From positions 2,046,001 through 2,110,000 of the forward strand of contig SMSO01000004.1 of NCBI GenBank assembly GCA_004764695.1: 64,000 bases of DNA. Reading direction: 5' to 3'. Of this stretch, positions 1 through 11,879 are shown in pieces. The notes beneath the pieces were generated by a model, which made no database searches, was not told the origin of the DNA, and saw nothing but the letters and a program-made list of their open reading frames with translations. The DNA comes from Schizochytrium sp. TIO01 (taxonomy: Eukaryota > Protista > Bigyra: Labyrinthulomycetes). The translations under genes were made by a program, and so were the position numbers. Each line of letters opens with the position of its first letter. Position 1 is the stretch's first letter.

Positions 1-2
1 AT

Positions 3-3000
3 ACTGGACATCAACGGAGCAGCCTAGATGATACGATTTCGCTTCGAATTTTTGGAGGATGGCAAGTTCTAGAAAATATTTCACTCCGGCAGCTCTTGCA
101 TGAGGGAGAAATCATCTCCCACAAACTGCAACAAGTGCAAGGTCGAGAAACTGGAACAGTGTTGTTGCGCGTGGATGCCGGGCCGCATGGCGAGCGCCTA
201 ATTCATGTTGAATCAACCATCCAAATTTCCAACGCTTGTGATTTTGCATTATCCATGCGTTTGGAGGATTCCATGGGTCAAGGCGCGTTGATGCTTGATC
301 CATGTGGAGCATACCTATGCGCAGAACTTCCTCTCGTGAAGAATCTCGAACTGCGCATGCTCCGTCTCGGTGTTATAGGACAGCAGGTTCGTAACGGTTT
401 TGTAGTGAACCTAGCACAGCTTACAAGTAGTGCGCTACAGACAGCGCGAGCAAATCTTGCCAAAGCAGTGTCAGCACCGGGGATTCTTATGGAGGAGAAT
501 TTGACAGAGTTGGCACCTGGCAAACATGTTCTCATAGATGTCCATGCTGAAGCAGTGAAAGAATGTAAAACCAGGCCAGGTGCTTTAGCTCGAAGGTACG
601 CGGCTTGTAAGATTACGATTGGTGCTCGACCGCCACGAACTGTGGGCAATAGGTTAAAATTGAATGTTGAAGTACGTGCAGAGCCAAATGCTACGCATGT
701 CCAGGCGATTGAACCTGAGGGCACAGTTCCCCTGTATCATTTAGATGAGGTTGCTCTTAGCTTCCGTATTCCATCTGTGTCTGACCAATGGTCTACATGG
801 GTTAATATGGAGCAACTAGCATTACATGGACATGGCGCGTTCTCACTGACAGATTGTCACGGACGATCTGTGAACGTTCCACTTGGTTTTCATTCCCGGC
901 AGGTCACTGTCGGGCCTGCGCTTCATATCGAAGACCGCACATGGGGTCTAGGGCTACAAGTTGGGTTTGTTGCTCCCATAGATGGACATCTATGCGCTGC
1001 TCCTGGACAGGCAAGCACGGATTCAATTGCAGTTGCTGAGTATCAACGATGGCTCCCAATGCAAGGCTGGAAGGCGCCAAGTTTGCCCGGAGATCCCAAT
1101 ACATGGTCGTATCATCCAGAGCTACATATCTCGGCCAGTGAGTTGAACAAGGTCCCACTTGAACAAGGCTGGACCTGGGCTGAACCGGAATGGCACTGCG
1201 ACAACCAAAGTCACGATTGGGAGTATGCTACTGACTTCCTTGCAGAACGATGGAGCACCGAGCGCGGTAAACTAGACTGCGTAAGGCGACGAATCTGGCG
1301 CCGATCCTGTGTACGGAATACTCCTCTCGAGCAAGTATTGTTAGGACCTTTATCGCAGAGAAAGAAAAGGCCGTCTCGAGCCCAAGCTGAGATGGAGTCG
1401 GGAAGTGATCAAAGACCTTCCAAGTCTCTAAAAGGTGATCACTCCAACAACAATGTTAGCCCTACTAGCAGTAAATACGCTATACAGCTCATACTTCGCC
1501 TCTCGAATCAATCAACATGGAGCCAGCCAGTTGCTCTCGTGCCCGGAACCTGGACTCCTGTAGATGTTGCTGATGAGCTATCGGGTACTGTTGTTTCGCT
1601 AGTTATCCAAATACCTGTTCTGCTTCATCGTGAAAGCGTAACTATTTGGAATCAGTATGAACTTCGGAATGCACTCATGTCAGATACACTCTACGTCATC
1701 TCCACACATGACTGTGTACGTTCAGAGGACATTCCAGATGTGTCACGTGCAACAAAAATTCAACCAGGAGAATCTTTGCGGAGATTTCACTGGGACAGTA
1801 TAGAGTCCGGGCGACTGTTGAGAGTTGGGCGCAGTGTTCAGCTTCGAGATGGTACATCACGAGTGTTTTGGAGCGGTCCTGTTGACCCAAATGTTCTGGA
1901 TGACATGGTTCTCATGCTGCGCGAGCCAGGTGGTGTAGGACGTGCACTTGTGTATACTTCTATTCGAGAAAATGCATTTTCCCGCACAGTTTTGATCCAT
2001 TTTGGAGAAACCTTGAGCCAGACAGTGCAGGCACCGTATAGAATCGAGAATCGCACTTTACACACATTGGAGTGTCGTCAAATTTCACGTTATTCTGAGG
2101 GTCTAGATCCCTTGATTGTAAATGATCGTCGAGTGTGTATGTTTGGTCTCGAATCTGCAATGGGAGATTCCCAAGGTCAGGTGCACATTCGGGCAATTAC
2201 GGAAGCAGGCAAGGTTGTAGAGGCTCATGTGAACCTTTTGGGAGAGATCAGTACTCAACAAAAGGAGATGGAGCCTATAGATTCAACAGAAAATCGCATC
2301 ATCGTTCGGGTCTTTGCTGAGGGTGCAACGCGGGTTATCTGCGTAGCGCACGCATGGGCAATCGTAGAAGCTCCACCCTATGTTGATGAAAAGGTCCACT
2401 TGCGCGCACGCTGTGAACTGCAGGGTGGTATCAGCGTGTCCATAATTGGCATTCATCGAGAGCTTCTTGCGATGCACGCTGAAGGCCTTTCCGTTTCTTG
2501 TGCCGAAACAGATACATTGCGAACGCTTGATTGTAGTTTAACTTCTTTACAGGTTGATGACACGGATCCAAACACTCGAGTTCCCGTCATGTTGCACATG
2601 GGGCCGGTGCGTCTTGGTGTAGCTACATATGTTCGATTTCCTCGTCGAGTTAAGCTATTCACGCTTCGCCTATTTCCACTTGCAATGCATTTGGCCAAAC
2701 AGCAGATTCGCGCCTTAACGCGATTCTATGAAGTTCTTTGTGCGCGCGCTCTTCGTCATAAAACTGGGCCTTTATCTTTACAGGACCCATCTTCACACAG
2801 CATTAGCAAAGGTGAGGAGAGAACACCATTGTCGTTTGATCTCATTCATGTACATAGTATTAGTGCGCGTGTATCATTGACCTCATCTGCCACAACACAG
2901 TCGCTGCCTCTCGCCGAACTTATGAGGCGACGCGCAGGTTCAGACTCACTTGTTCGCAAGCGTGCATCAACCTCTGTCTCTGCTCTTGAAGTTGTTGGGG

Positions 3001-4214
3001 CAGCTATTGCTCGGGTTACAGATTTAGATGACGTATCATTGCCATACTGGGCAGTTGCGCTTGGTCACTTGCTACGAAGTGACTTGCGTGACCACGATGT
3101 GCGTTTTGGTGAGCTTGTACTGCATCATGCAGCAATCTATGATATGGAGTCCTCAGCAATCGCGCAACATTATTTAGCACAATTAGCTAAAGGCTTGGCA
3201 AGTACTGTGGGCTCTGGTTTGTTTCGTGCACCTCTTCATTTTGCACGACAAGTTTCAATGGGTATGTCTGGCGTTCTAGCTCGTGGACCTCGCTCAAGTA
3301 TTGAGGATGGGGCCACCGGCCTGGTTGCTAGTACAGCGATGCTGTCCGAGTCGGTTTTCAAGGGGCTTGCGCGTGGATTAGCGACAATGTCACTTAGCGA
3401 TGAATATATTCGTCGCCGCCAAGATAGGGAAGAGCGTATGCGGGAGCGCCGAACATCAGACAAAGCGCCTCGTTTCCGTGAAGCTATCAATGAAGGCGCA
3501 ATGATTGTTCGCAATAGTGTCTCTGAGGGTGTTGTGGGCCTTTTGGCCGAACCGGTGCAGGGAGGACGTGATTATGGACCCATGGGGTTTATAGGTGGTA
3601 TTGGTAAAGGTATGGTTGGGGTTGCGATCAAGCCAATGATGGGCGTTTTAGACGCAGCCACAGTCGCAACACAGTCCATGCGCCCATCTTCCTCTCGCTC
3701 AATTGATGCTTCAACAAACAAACCTACGCCTTTATCAATGGCTCACGCTGCCGAAACTGTGCATGTGCAATCTCTGAAGGATGCATCTCAAGCGCTTCAG
3801 CATCGTCGGAGGTACCCTCGCGCACTTTACGGCTCAGGTTTGCGTATTGCACCTTACTCTGAGGAGGATGCAATCGCTGTAGATCGTCTTCGGTCATTAC
3901 ATGGTACCAAATTTACAAGTGAAGTGTTTTTCGGGCGTTTTCAACCTTCCAAGGAAGATGTTGAGTACATTGTAACAGACTGTCGGATTCTTTGTTTCCA
4001 TTTACAAACTTCTGAAGAATTTAAGGATGATAAGCTACAGTGGAGCATTGACTTTGCAGATGTTCAGTCTGCTCTTGTCACGCGCGACCCAGCTAGTGGG
4101 GTACATATTCGATACACAGCCATAGACCAAGAAACTGCCTCGCGATTCGTGGGCTGTCCGCCTGACGAAGCTTATGCGTTTTGCTCCCTACTGCTGACTG
4201 CGCCGCGCGGCTAA
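3..4214 (+). CDS. VPS13: VPS13-family bulk lipid transfer protein, C-terminal part (5' end lies outside the window)
   Basis: Frame is open from base 3 to the stop at 4214. Contains VAB/SHR-BD-like segments (STWSQPVAL, APYRIENRT), the ATG2_C/VPS13_C glycine-rich helices (GVVGLLAEPVQGGRDYGPMGFIGGIGKGMVGVAIKPMMGVLDAAT), RRRYPRAL and a terminal PH-like region. Confidence 0.88.
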   Translation, partial: TGHQRSSLDDTISLRIFGGWQVLENISLRQLLHEGEIISHKLQQVQGRETGTVLLRVDAGPHGERLIHVESTIQISNACDFALSMRLEDSMGQGALMLDPCGAYLCAELPLVKNLELRMLRLGVIGQQVRNGFVVNLAQLTSSALQTARANLAKAVSAPGILMEENLTELAPGKHVLIDVHAEAVKECKTRPGALARRYAACKITIGARPPRTVGNRLKLNVEVRAEPNATHVQAIEPEGTVPLYHLDEVALSFRIPSVSDQWSTWVNMEQLALHGHGAFSLTDCHGRSVNVPLGFHSRQVTVGPALHIEDRTWGLGLQVGFVAPIDGHLCAAPGQASTDSIAVAEYQRWLPMQGWKAPSLPGDPNTWSYHPELHISASELNKVPLEQGWTWAEPEWHCDNQSHDWEYATDFLAERWSTERGKLDCVRRRIWRRSCVRNTPLEQVLLGPLSQRKKRPSRAQAEMESGSDQRPSKSLKGDHSNNNVSPTSSKYAIQLILRLSNQSTWSQPVALVPGTWTPVDVADELSGTVVSLVIQIPVLLHRESVTIWNQYELRNALMSDTLYVISTHDCVRSEDIPDVSRATKIQPGESLRRFHWDSIESGRLLRVGRSVQLRDGTSRVFWSGPVDPNVLDDMVLMLREPGGVGRALVYTSIRENAFSRTVLIHFGETLSQTVQAPYRIENRTLHTLECRQISRYSEGLDPLIVNDRRVCMFGLESAMGDSQGQVHIRAITEAGKVVEAHVNLLGEISTQQKEMEPIDSTENRIIVRVFAEGATRVICVAHAWAIVEAPPYVDEKVHLRARCELQGGISVSIIGIHRELLAMHAEGLSVSCAETDTLRTLDCSLTSLQVDDTDPNTRVPVMLHMGPVRLGVATYVRFPRRVKLFTLRLFPLAMHLAKQQIRALTRFYEVLCARALRHKTGPLSLQDPSSHSISKGEERTPLSFDLIHVHSISARVSLTSSATTQSLPLAELMRRRAGSDSLVRKRASTSVSALEVVGAAIARVTDLDDVSLPYWAVALGHLLRSDLRDHDVRFGELVLHHAAIYDMESSAIAQHYLAQLAKGLASTVGSGLFRAPLHFARQVSMGMSGVLARGPRSSIEDGATGLVASTAMLSESVFKGLARGLATMSLSDEYIRRRQDREERMRERRTSDKAPRFREAINEGAMIVRNSVSEGVVGLLAEPVQGGRDYGPMGFIGGIGKGMVGVAIKPMMGVLDAATVATQSMRPSSSRSIDASTNKPTPLSMAHAAETVHVQSLKDASQALQHRRRYPRALYGSGLRIAPYSEEDAIAVDRLRSLHGTKFTSEVFFGRFQPSKEDVEYIVTDCRILCFHLQTSEEFKDDKLQWSIDFADVQSALVTRDPASGVHIRYTAIDQETASRFVGCPPDEAYAFCSLLLTAPRG

Positions 4215-4470
4215 CTTTGAGAAAAGCGTGTCCTTTACTATGTATGCCATACACATTTTCATTTCTTTGATGATACATATAGGTAGTAGTAAGTGCAGCG
4301 CGATAGTTCTGTGATAAACTTGTAACTAAATTGCTCACATTCTTTATTGACCGGACCATGACTGAGCGCTTCATTTACTGCGTAAGTCCAGCTCTTGGAA
4401 ATGAATGAAATTTAACACGATTAAAACGTCTGTAATTTCTTCTTCTACTACTACTTCTTCTATTTTACAC

Positions 4471-4830
4471 TCAACCTTGGTATCCTCGCAAAAGCCGCTG
4501 CTGCCGCTGCTGCCGCTTTCTCTGTTTTTCTTTTTGAGCTGCCGCAATTTCGCCATCTCCTGCTTGATGATCTGTCAAATAATCCAAGTAAGTATCATAT
4601 GGGGGGCCCTGTGAAGGTTTTCTAAGCCGCCAATTTTTGCAGTCGTTTCCGTTCGTGGCTCCGTTGATGTCATTCTTTAGATCTTCCTTGGCATCGCTTC
4701 CGTCGGTGCTAACTGGACTGTTGCCAGAGCCAGTGACCGATCTTTGTAGAGCACACTGAGCTCCCGAGAGCGGCTCTGCAAGCAGCAGCGTGAGCGATCT
4801 CGGCGCAAGGCCCATCACAACGTCGTCCAT
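4471..4830 (-). CDS. Hypothetical small protein (119 aa)
   Basis: ATG in a GCAAAC-ATG-G context just downstream of an AT-rich region; GC-richer, coding-like composition. No recognisable domain. Confidence 0.4.
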   Translation of the reverse strand: MDDVVMGLAPRSLTLLLAEPLSGAQCALQRSVTGSGNSPVSTDGSDAKEDLKNDINGATNGNDCKNWRLRKPSQGPPYDTYLDYLTDHQAGDGEIAAAQKEKQRKRQQRQQRLLRGYQG

Positions 4831-5449
4831 GTTTGCAATTTGATACTACTGTATTTTTTAAGCCTCCTGAGACGAAACGTACCTACCTGCCTAAATAGTT
4901 GTTGATCATTACAACCAAAAGTAGAGAATGACTTTTACACAGAATTATTTGCCCAAGTATGAAATCAGAGATTTCGGATTAAGTATAAGTAATCCAGCAG
5001 CTCAGTTTTGTGTAAGGTTGAACAAATTGAATAAATGTGTCGGGTTTGCAACCAAGATGGATTTCCCCAACTCTGTTAGCGCAACGCTTTTCCACTGACA
5101 ATTGAGCTGTTCTATCTGTTCTGTTTCAATGTATCTAATTATTCTTATTTCTGTTTTTTTGTTCGAAATCATTTATATCATCATAATATGCCCTGTCATA
5201 CGATAATTGTTTTAAAAAATAAAAAAATGAAACATAAAACTTAAAACAAGAGCACCTTGTCCAAGAATGACGATGATTATAATGAGGGTTGGACAAGAAA
5301 GCAAACCCAGTAGCAGAACCAAGACTACGCGGTGAACCCAAACTACTTTCTTGACAGGTCCTCATTAAAGCTCTCAGATCACTAACGGTGCCTCGAAGGA
5401 AAAGACGTCTACTGTGTTGGCTTTTACAGCTCGGTTGAGGGAAGGCACC

Positions 5450-6169
5450 ATGAGCGACGTGAAAGGCTCAACTCAGGATAGCAGTAAAGAAGAGGCAACT
5501 GCTAGAGGAAAGTCAGAAATCTACCAAAGATTTGGGGTTCTTGTGGCACTCGTTCTGGCGGTACTGGTGCCTATGGCAAAGTCTGCAGCACTGTGTGCTC
5601 GACTCTGCCAGCTAATTGCTGTGCTTGGCGCTGCAGAATGGGTTTTCAGCTTGGTTAATTCACCCGTGGCACAATCCTTTCAGGAGGGGCAAGTGCAATG
5701 GCTTTCTTGGTTGTCTGTGTGTGGTTCTATCCTTATGCTTTTATTGTGGTTTGCTCCAACGATCGAAACTGTGCGAGAACGTGTAGAGACGGGTTGTCCT
5801 GGCCACCAAAAGACTCTTGAGACCATGGTAATTGTTTGTGTTGTCTCGGACTCGGCACAGCTTGCATTTGGAAGAGCATTGGGTCGAATTCGCCCCTTCC
5901 CAACATTGTCGCCCAAAAAGTCGCTTGAAGGGTACATTGGCGGTATTTTTGTCACTGTGATGTATGCTAAATTCGTTCACGGTTGGCCTTGGCAACTCTC
6001 AGTACCAGTTCTATTTGCTGGGGTTGTGGGAGATTTGGCATTCTCAGCTAACAAGCGTATGTTGAAAATCAAGGACTTTTCTGGGGTTTTGGGTCCTCAT
6101 GGTGGAATTTGCGACCGCATTGATTCTTTTGTTGGCGCTTGGCATATGCTCATATGGCTCGCGTGCTGA
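5450..6169 (+). CDS. Phosphatidate cytidylyltransferase (CDP-diacylglycerol synthase, CTP_transf_1 family), short CdsA-like form
   Basis: Signature motifs SDSAQLAFGRALG, LSPKKSLEGYIGG and GDLAFSANKRMLKIKDFSGVLGPHGGICDRIDS; several TM segments. First ATG is at 5450 (CACC-ATG). Confidence 0.88.
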   Translation: MSDVKGSTQDSSKEEATARGKSEIYQRFGVLVALVLAVLVPMAKSAALCARLCQLIAVLGAAEWVFSLVNSPVAQSFQEGQVQWLSWLSVCGSILMLLLWFAPTIETVRERVETGCPGHQKTLETMVIVCVVSDSAQLAFGRALGRIRPFPTLSPKKSLEGYIGGIFVTVMYAKFVHGWPWQLSVPVLFAGVVGDLAFSANKRMLKIKDFSGVLGPHGGICDRIDSFVGAWHMLIWLAC

Positions 6170-6972
6170 CACTTCCGATGAATTTATGGCACCGTGGATG
6201 TATCTATCCTTTCATTAGCAGGACTGCGACCAACTGCACACATTCCACCGATTCTTTGCTACATTTAACGATACAGTACCACGAGCACTGGATGAAGGCG
6301 GTCTATATTTATAATATGTCGCGGTAACGCGCAAACATGTACTTTCATTTTATGCAGCACCATGCCCACATAACTGTAAGAAATGCTAATCGTTGCTATT
6401 CAATGTGATCACGCAATACCACTAAATGCGCAATGATTAAATTCATGCTTTGTCGATAGTCGAAAGAGTTCATACGATAAATTGTAACATCAAAGCCTGC
6501 ATTTTATTTATGCAGAGCTTGACGAAATATCTTGGGAGGGCGAATCTACAGAAATGCGCAACAAGTTTGGTCAACATACGGTACTGGTTAGAAAAATGTA
6601 AAGAAGCACATGACAGGATGTCACTTGGCAAAAAGTAACAGGTAAAAAATCTGAGGAAAATGTATACGAGTTTGCGGGAAATTAAAATGCACCAATCACC
6701 TATCTTGTAACGTTCGAGTTGAGACAAAATATCAGGACATGTAGTAAGCGATAAATGAAGTGCCAGTAGAGAATGGTTATATAATCTTTTGAAAGCTTTG
6801 CTCCCCAGTTTTCCCAGTTCGCCCAATAGAAGCTTTTGGACAGACCTAGGTATTTGTTGGTTCAAATACTTATGACGCTCATTTGGAGAAAAAGACGTAC
6901 TGGCAGTTCGTGCCTGTGTTTAAATAAGCATGGACATGCGTGTTTCTTTCCTTTCATGTTTGCGCCATGAGC

Positions 6973-7767
6973 TTATGAGCAGCATCCATCGGTGCAACCA
7001 GCCGCCTTACGTGAACGCATGGTTTCAGCACTCACATTTCCGATACCATCATCCCATTCATCCTCAGTAGAAGTGCTCTTCTTCTTCTTGATGTCATCCT
7101 CATCCTCATCGTCGGCAAAGTCCTCATTTTCCTTCTTTAGACGAGCGGCTTCTCGCTCCGCTGCGCGCTTAGGGTCTTCTTCAGCAAGGAAGAACAGTCC
7201 AAGACAAAGAATGATGACACTTGCGAAAAACTCTGGTGTGAAGGAGGCTTTGTGGCCGAGAGCGCCATTGACGCCAAACCAGAAGAAACCAAATCCGAGC
7301 ACCAAGTTCTGCATGCACTCGTAAGGCCAAAAGACTGCAAGCAGGCTTGAGAAGAGAATCACACCGGCACCAGCAATTGCAAATGTGTTTTCTGACAAGA
7401 CCTCCTTCATGCCGGAGCTGGCCTTTTGGCGTTTGAGCCATTCGGTTGCTTTGCCCTCAAGCGTGGTAGGCTCGAAGCGCTTCTTTGGTGAGGAAGACTT
7501 TTTTGGGGCCGGAAGCAAGCCATGTTCAATAGCTGCTTCGCCAGGAATAGCCAGCGCTACCAAAAGACGTTTTGTGACAGGGCGCATTTGCTCTGGCAAG
7601 CGGTCCACATTATTCAATGCAAAGTTTGCAGTTACTCCCAGTGCAGAAACCGGTGTCTTGTTCACGCCGGTACCTTTTCCAAAGGCGATGGCAAGGTCTG
7701 TACGGAGAAGAACGGAGGCACATGCGATGATGCCAAGAACGCGAGTCAAAGCGCTTTTCACGGTCAT
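6973..7767 (-). CDS. Hypothetical membrane protein (264 aa)
   Basis: N-terminal hydrophobic segment, three further TM-like stretches, acidic/charged tail ending GCTDGCCS. Confidence 0.75.
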   Translation of the reverse strand: MTVKSALTRVLGIIACASVLLRTDLAIAFGKGTGVNKTPVSALGVTANFALNNVDRLPEQMRPVTKRLLVALAIPGEAAIEHGLLPAPKKSSSPKKRFEPTTLEGKATEWLKRQKASSGMKEVLSENTFAIAGAGVILFSSLLAVFWPYECMQNLVLGFGFFWFGVNGALGHKASFTPEFFASVIILCLGLFFLAEEDPKRAAEREAARLKKENEDFADDEDEDDIKKKKSTSTEDEWDDGIGNVSAETMRSRKAAGCTDGCCS

Positions 7768-9000
7768 TGTAGCTCTGGTTATGCCCTCTAGTTCGTTTCT
7801 GTCTGTATGCCGTTAAATTAATTTAGCGTTAGTTAACCAGAAAAACAGCTAATCCACAAGATATTACACAGCATTCAAGGCGTGCCATGATGAGCAACAT
7901 GGCAGCATAAATGGTTTGTCTTCAAAAGCCTAGATGTATCCATTCTGAAGAGGAAGCTTAGACGTTTCTAGACCTTTTCAAGAGCTCAGATTACTTCGCA
8001 GAGAATCTTCAGAGTAAACAAAACACCGCAAGAGAAGGCAACACTCTGTTTACGATAACAGGGCAAGTGTTATGATTAAAGTCGTGATACAAAACATGCT
8101 TGCTCACCCCGGGTAAACCTACGCACTTCGTTTATGATAGTTTGAGCGCCAACGTTGGAGAGCGATTTGTCCACAAGGAAAAGGACGAAATCGCGATGCC
8201 ACATCACCCCGGAATTCCGATATTTTTCTCTTTAATATGCAGGAACTCCGGGATTCAAGAGCAATGACTGCAATATGCAAATTATGCGTGTACGATATTA
8301 TGCTGTGCAAGGCTGATCAACCTATCAGGAAAGATATAGAGTTCTTGAATCTACCGCGAACTGACCGTACAGGACTCCCTTGCTCGGATTTAACTTGCTT
8401 GGAGCGAATAATATGTAGAATTTTGTAAACCTCTAGAGAATAGCACTGCTATATAACCTTAGCATTGTTACCCTTCTTATTAGCGAGCAATCAATCAGCG
8501 GCCCACGGAGCAGTCAAGAAACATTGAAATAATCTTCGTCACTGTGCGCGGTACGTGGGTTACCTGCCTGCTTACGAGAGGAGCATGGTATGGAGGGTGT
8601 CTTGAGTCGCCGAACCAGGTTAGGTTCTATCTTGATTAGGAAAGCGGAACATCTTGAAGTGCTGCGAACAGATGGGCAATGCAGGGCGTCTGCCTTTTCT
8701 CACCAATTGCTTCGCATAGTAGCGCGAGCTAGCTAGCTTGAGTGCCTGTTAACCATATTTGCTATTGCAAGAAGTTCTGAATTGTTGCGTCTGACAGCCG
8801 TAATGCTAGAGTTTTCGGGTTGGGCTAAATTGAAATGAGTAAACGTGGGTTACTGACGTTAGAACTATGCATCTTGGCCTGGAAACCTTTGAATTGTTCG
8901 GTCTTGCGGTGATGGCATCATGATTTGAACATGAAATTTAACCTGTCTTTTGGACTTTCCAATGACAGGCTTGTGAAGATAAATTGTCAAATATAAAACA

Positions 9001-9328
9001 ATGGAGGAAGCAAACAAACAATGTGCGAAGATCAAACAGGTGTACGAGAACTGTTTTCGTCAATGGTACACTGAGGAGTTCATGAAGGGAAATATCAAGC
9101 CCGGTTGCCAGGTATGTTTAGATTGCTTACAAGGTTAATTTATGTCTTGAATATAATGTGTAGGCTAGGTGAAAGATTGTAGGCATTTCAAAACTAACGT
9201 TAGAAGAAATTTCACAGGACGAGTTTGACGAATATAAGGACTGTGTCATTGCCGTGATGCAGCGCAAGGCAATCGATGTGAACAGCATCCCTGAAGAAGA
9301 ACCATCATCAAAAACTAGTTCATCATAA
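9001..9328 (+). CDS. MDM35: Mitochondrial intermembrane-space twin-CX9C protein Mdm35/TRIAP1 (2 exons: 9001-9111, 9218-9328)
   Basis: Spliced translation MEEANKQCAKIKQVYENCFRQWYTEEFMKGNIKPGCQ|DEFDEYKDCVIAVMQRKAIDVNSIPEEEPSSKTSSS*. It has two exact CX9C motifs and the Y-x-x-CF-x-x-WY-x-E-x-F-x-KG signature. Phase-0 intron GTATGT...ACTAAC...TTCACAG at 9112-9217. Confidence 0.92.
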
Positions 9329-11443
9329 TTCGTTTATATTAGTACCTTTTGCTCTACCTGTCGTCCTTCCCACATGCATACAATGATTAAAATTGTACTC
9401 CTCATTCAATACGACCTTTTATCAACATAGATCCTCTCACAAAACATCGCCTTGTGTTTGTACGGTGACGGACTTTGTTGCGCATTAATGTGCTTGAGTT
9501 TTGATTGTAGTTGTTTCCTCGGCAACTTTTCGGTACCTTCATTATTCCCTCTGAGCTGCGGACTATTCAAGGCTTGTTCAGTATGTATTTGTATATACAT
9601 ACGTGTTCGCCATAATAGATTAAGACAAGGTATTCAAGTTTGAAGTATTGAATCATGAATCAACGGCATAAGGAAAGTGTGACGACTCTCCTAATTTCAA
9701 GTTTGATCTCAAAATGGAGCACTAGGTTACTCTGCAAGCGGGGGTTCGCTCTTAGTCTCAACTAGCTCTTTTTTGCAGTTTCGGCAGGTCTGGGGTACCA
9801 TATCTCATACTGGAAGTATGTTATGCAGGTGTAAAGTAACGTGTTAAATTTTGTAATTAGTTGAGGATTAAACTTCATTCTCACTAGAGCCAACTCCTAA
9901 CAATAATTTCACTTGAGCAAAACCCGAGTCAAGGCAAAGCAGCCTGCACAATACATGAGCTCTATACAACTGTCCTTATTCTTGACACAATATAAATATA
10001 ACAGTTTGAATTCCGCTTATAGAGCATAAGTGTTACACTGCTAAGACTTGAGTCTTTATACAAGCAAAAGGATTGGTAGGAATACCTCGAATTCACCAGA
10101 GTACCTAAGAGAATTTGCTTCGATTCATTTTTAAAAGTCGGAGGGTAACGCAATTGAGAGAGCGGACTGTATACAAGTATACATCTTATATTTCGCAATG
10201 CATGCAAAGCGTCCTTCTTTTATTTCGAGTGTTACATGGTTTAATACTGCTCTAAGAAGCAAAGTCAAATCTCCTCCATCCATGCACGTGTTACTTTTTA
10301 AGACAGATTTATTGCGATACACTTTTAAATTATGTTTTTGAGCGGAGTATCTACGTTGTACATAAAGAACAACAAGAAGAAGAAATGAAGGCTAGTCCAT
10401 AAGAACAGGGCAAGAAAACCACGTTCTTTTTGTTTTAGGCAACTTTATTTTCAACAATGGCTACACTTACATAAGTATGTATTACCTAGTTGGATTGTGC
10501 CTACTATTATTGGTTCTCTCACTCCCAAGATAATAGGTTAGCATATTTTAGTTTCAAGTCAAAACAATCACGCATGACTCAAAGGGCTATTGCTTAAAAA
10601 CCCTTCTTCGAGTAATTCTTGAAATTAATCTGGAGCTTTTAGCCATAGGCCTATTTGTGTTATTTTCGGTTCTGCTCTATTCTCTAGCTTCTTTTATGTT
10701 CGAACGCGCAATGTGTTTTTTTTAACGTGTATACACACTTTTTGCAGATATTTTGAGCGACTACCTTTGTTGGCGTGGCATCAGCTTAAGACAAGTGCCA
10801 TTGATAACCACTGGACCCCTATAAAGCTGTGTAACGTCAGCTGTTTAAAAAAAAGTACCTGGGTACTACCTACACACAGGTGTCACTCCTGATTTTAAAA
10901 GTCGAAGAGAAGGAATATTTCTAGCGTACTACTATAGGTGTTCAAAAGTGTGCTTCACCCCAGCCTGCTTTGTGTTATAAGAAGTGACCTCCAGATAGTA
11001 GGTACACCTACGTGACTAAGGATCTTGACAACCTTTCTAGCCTGATACATGTGGACTTCATTGGCTACAAGAAGGCGAAGTTAATAATTGCGTATAACCC
11101 TAGTATTCATTTACATGGTCTCTGTTTTAGTCAATGTTCTCCGCGTTATTCGGGAGCGGAGCTGTCGCGGTGTGCAAACTTCCCAACACTTTTACAGAAG
11201 GTTGCAGTGAACTAGACAAGTGAGTTTTCAACCCAAAGGATTAGTTTTATGAAATATTTAAGATAGTAGTGGTACACTGGGCCTGGCTAGCAATCGCCAT
11301 TAAATGTGTTATTTCGTGTGCCGTGTTGCTGTTTCTCTCGCTCAACATTACAAAAGAATAGTTCCCACATCGCCGTCCTCGGTGTGAGTAAAATCGCATT
11401 ACAATCTTGTGCTCTCTCGACATAATAACAGCAGGAGCAGCGT

Positions 11444-11444
11444 C

Positions 11445-11528
<84 letters not shown>

Positions 11529-11561
11529 AACAACAACAACAACAACGACGACGACGACGAC
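11444..11561. repeat. (AAC)n microsatellite grading into (GAC)n
   Basis: About 100 bp of near-perfect AAC followed by five GAC units. Confidence 0.97.
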
Positions 11562-11879
11562 ATAATATTTAATTAAAAGTAAATAGTAAGTACTAAAAAA
11601 ATCACCACGATCTTTAATATTCATATTAGATGTGCTTCTATAGAAATTGATTTAGACTAAATTTATCTCCTAGTACTATTAAAATAAATTATAAAAATAA
11701 AAATAAATAATGCCAGTGGTCTTTGATTTCAAATGTTCGTAGGTATCAAAATGTCGAGGTAAGAATGAGAAATAGTAACGCAAACTCGGAGCCAATGTAT
11801 TCCACCTAATTCAACCAGCAAAACCTAATTACTTGAAATTTGTTTTCTTCGGACAATCGACGTAAAGCACCTCCCAATC

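Noticed and set aside
11247-11624. Poly-valine ORF on the minus strand
   Set aside because: Translation of the (AAC)n microsatellite.
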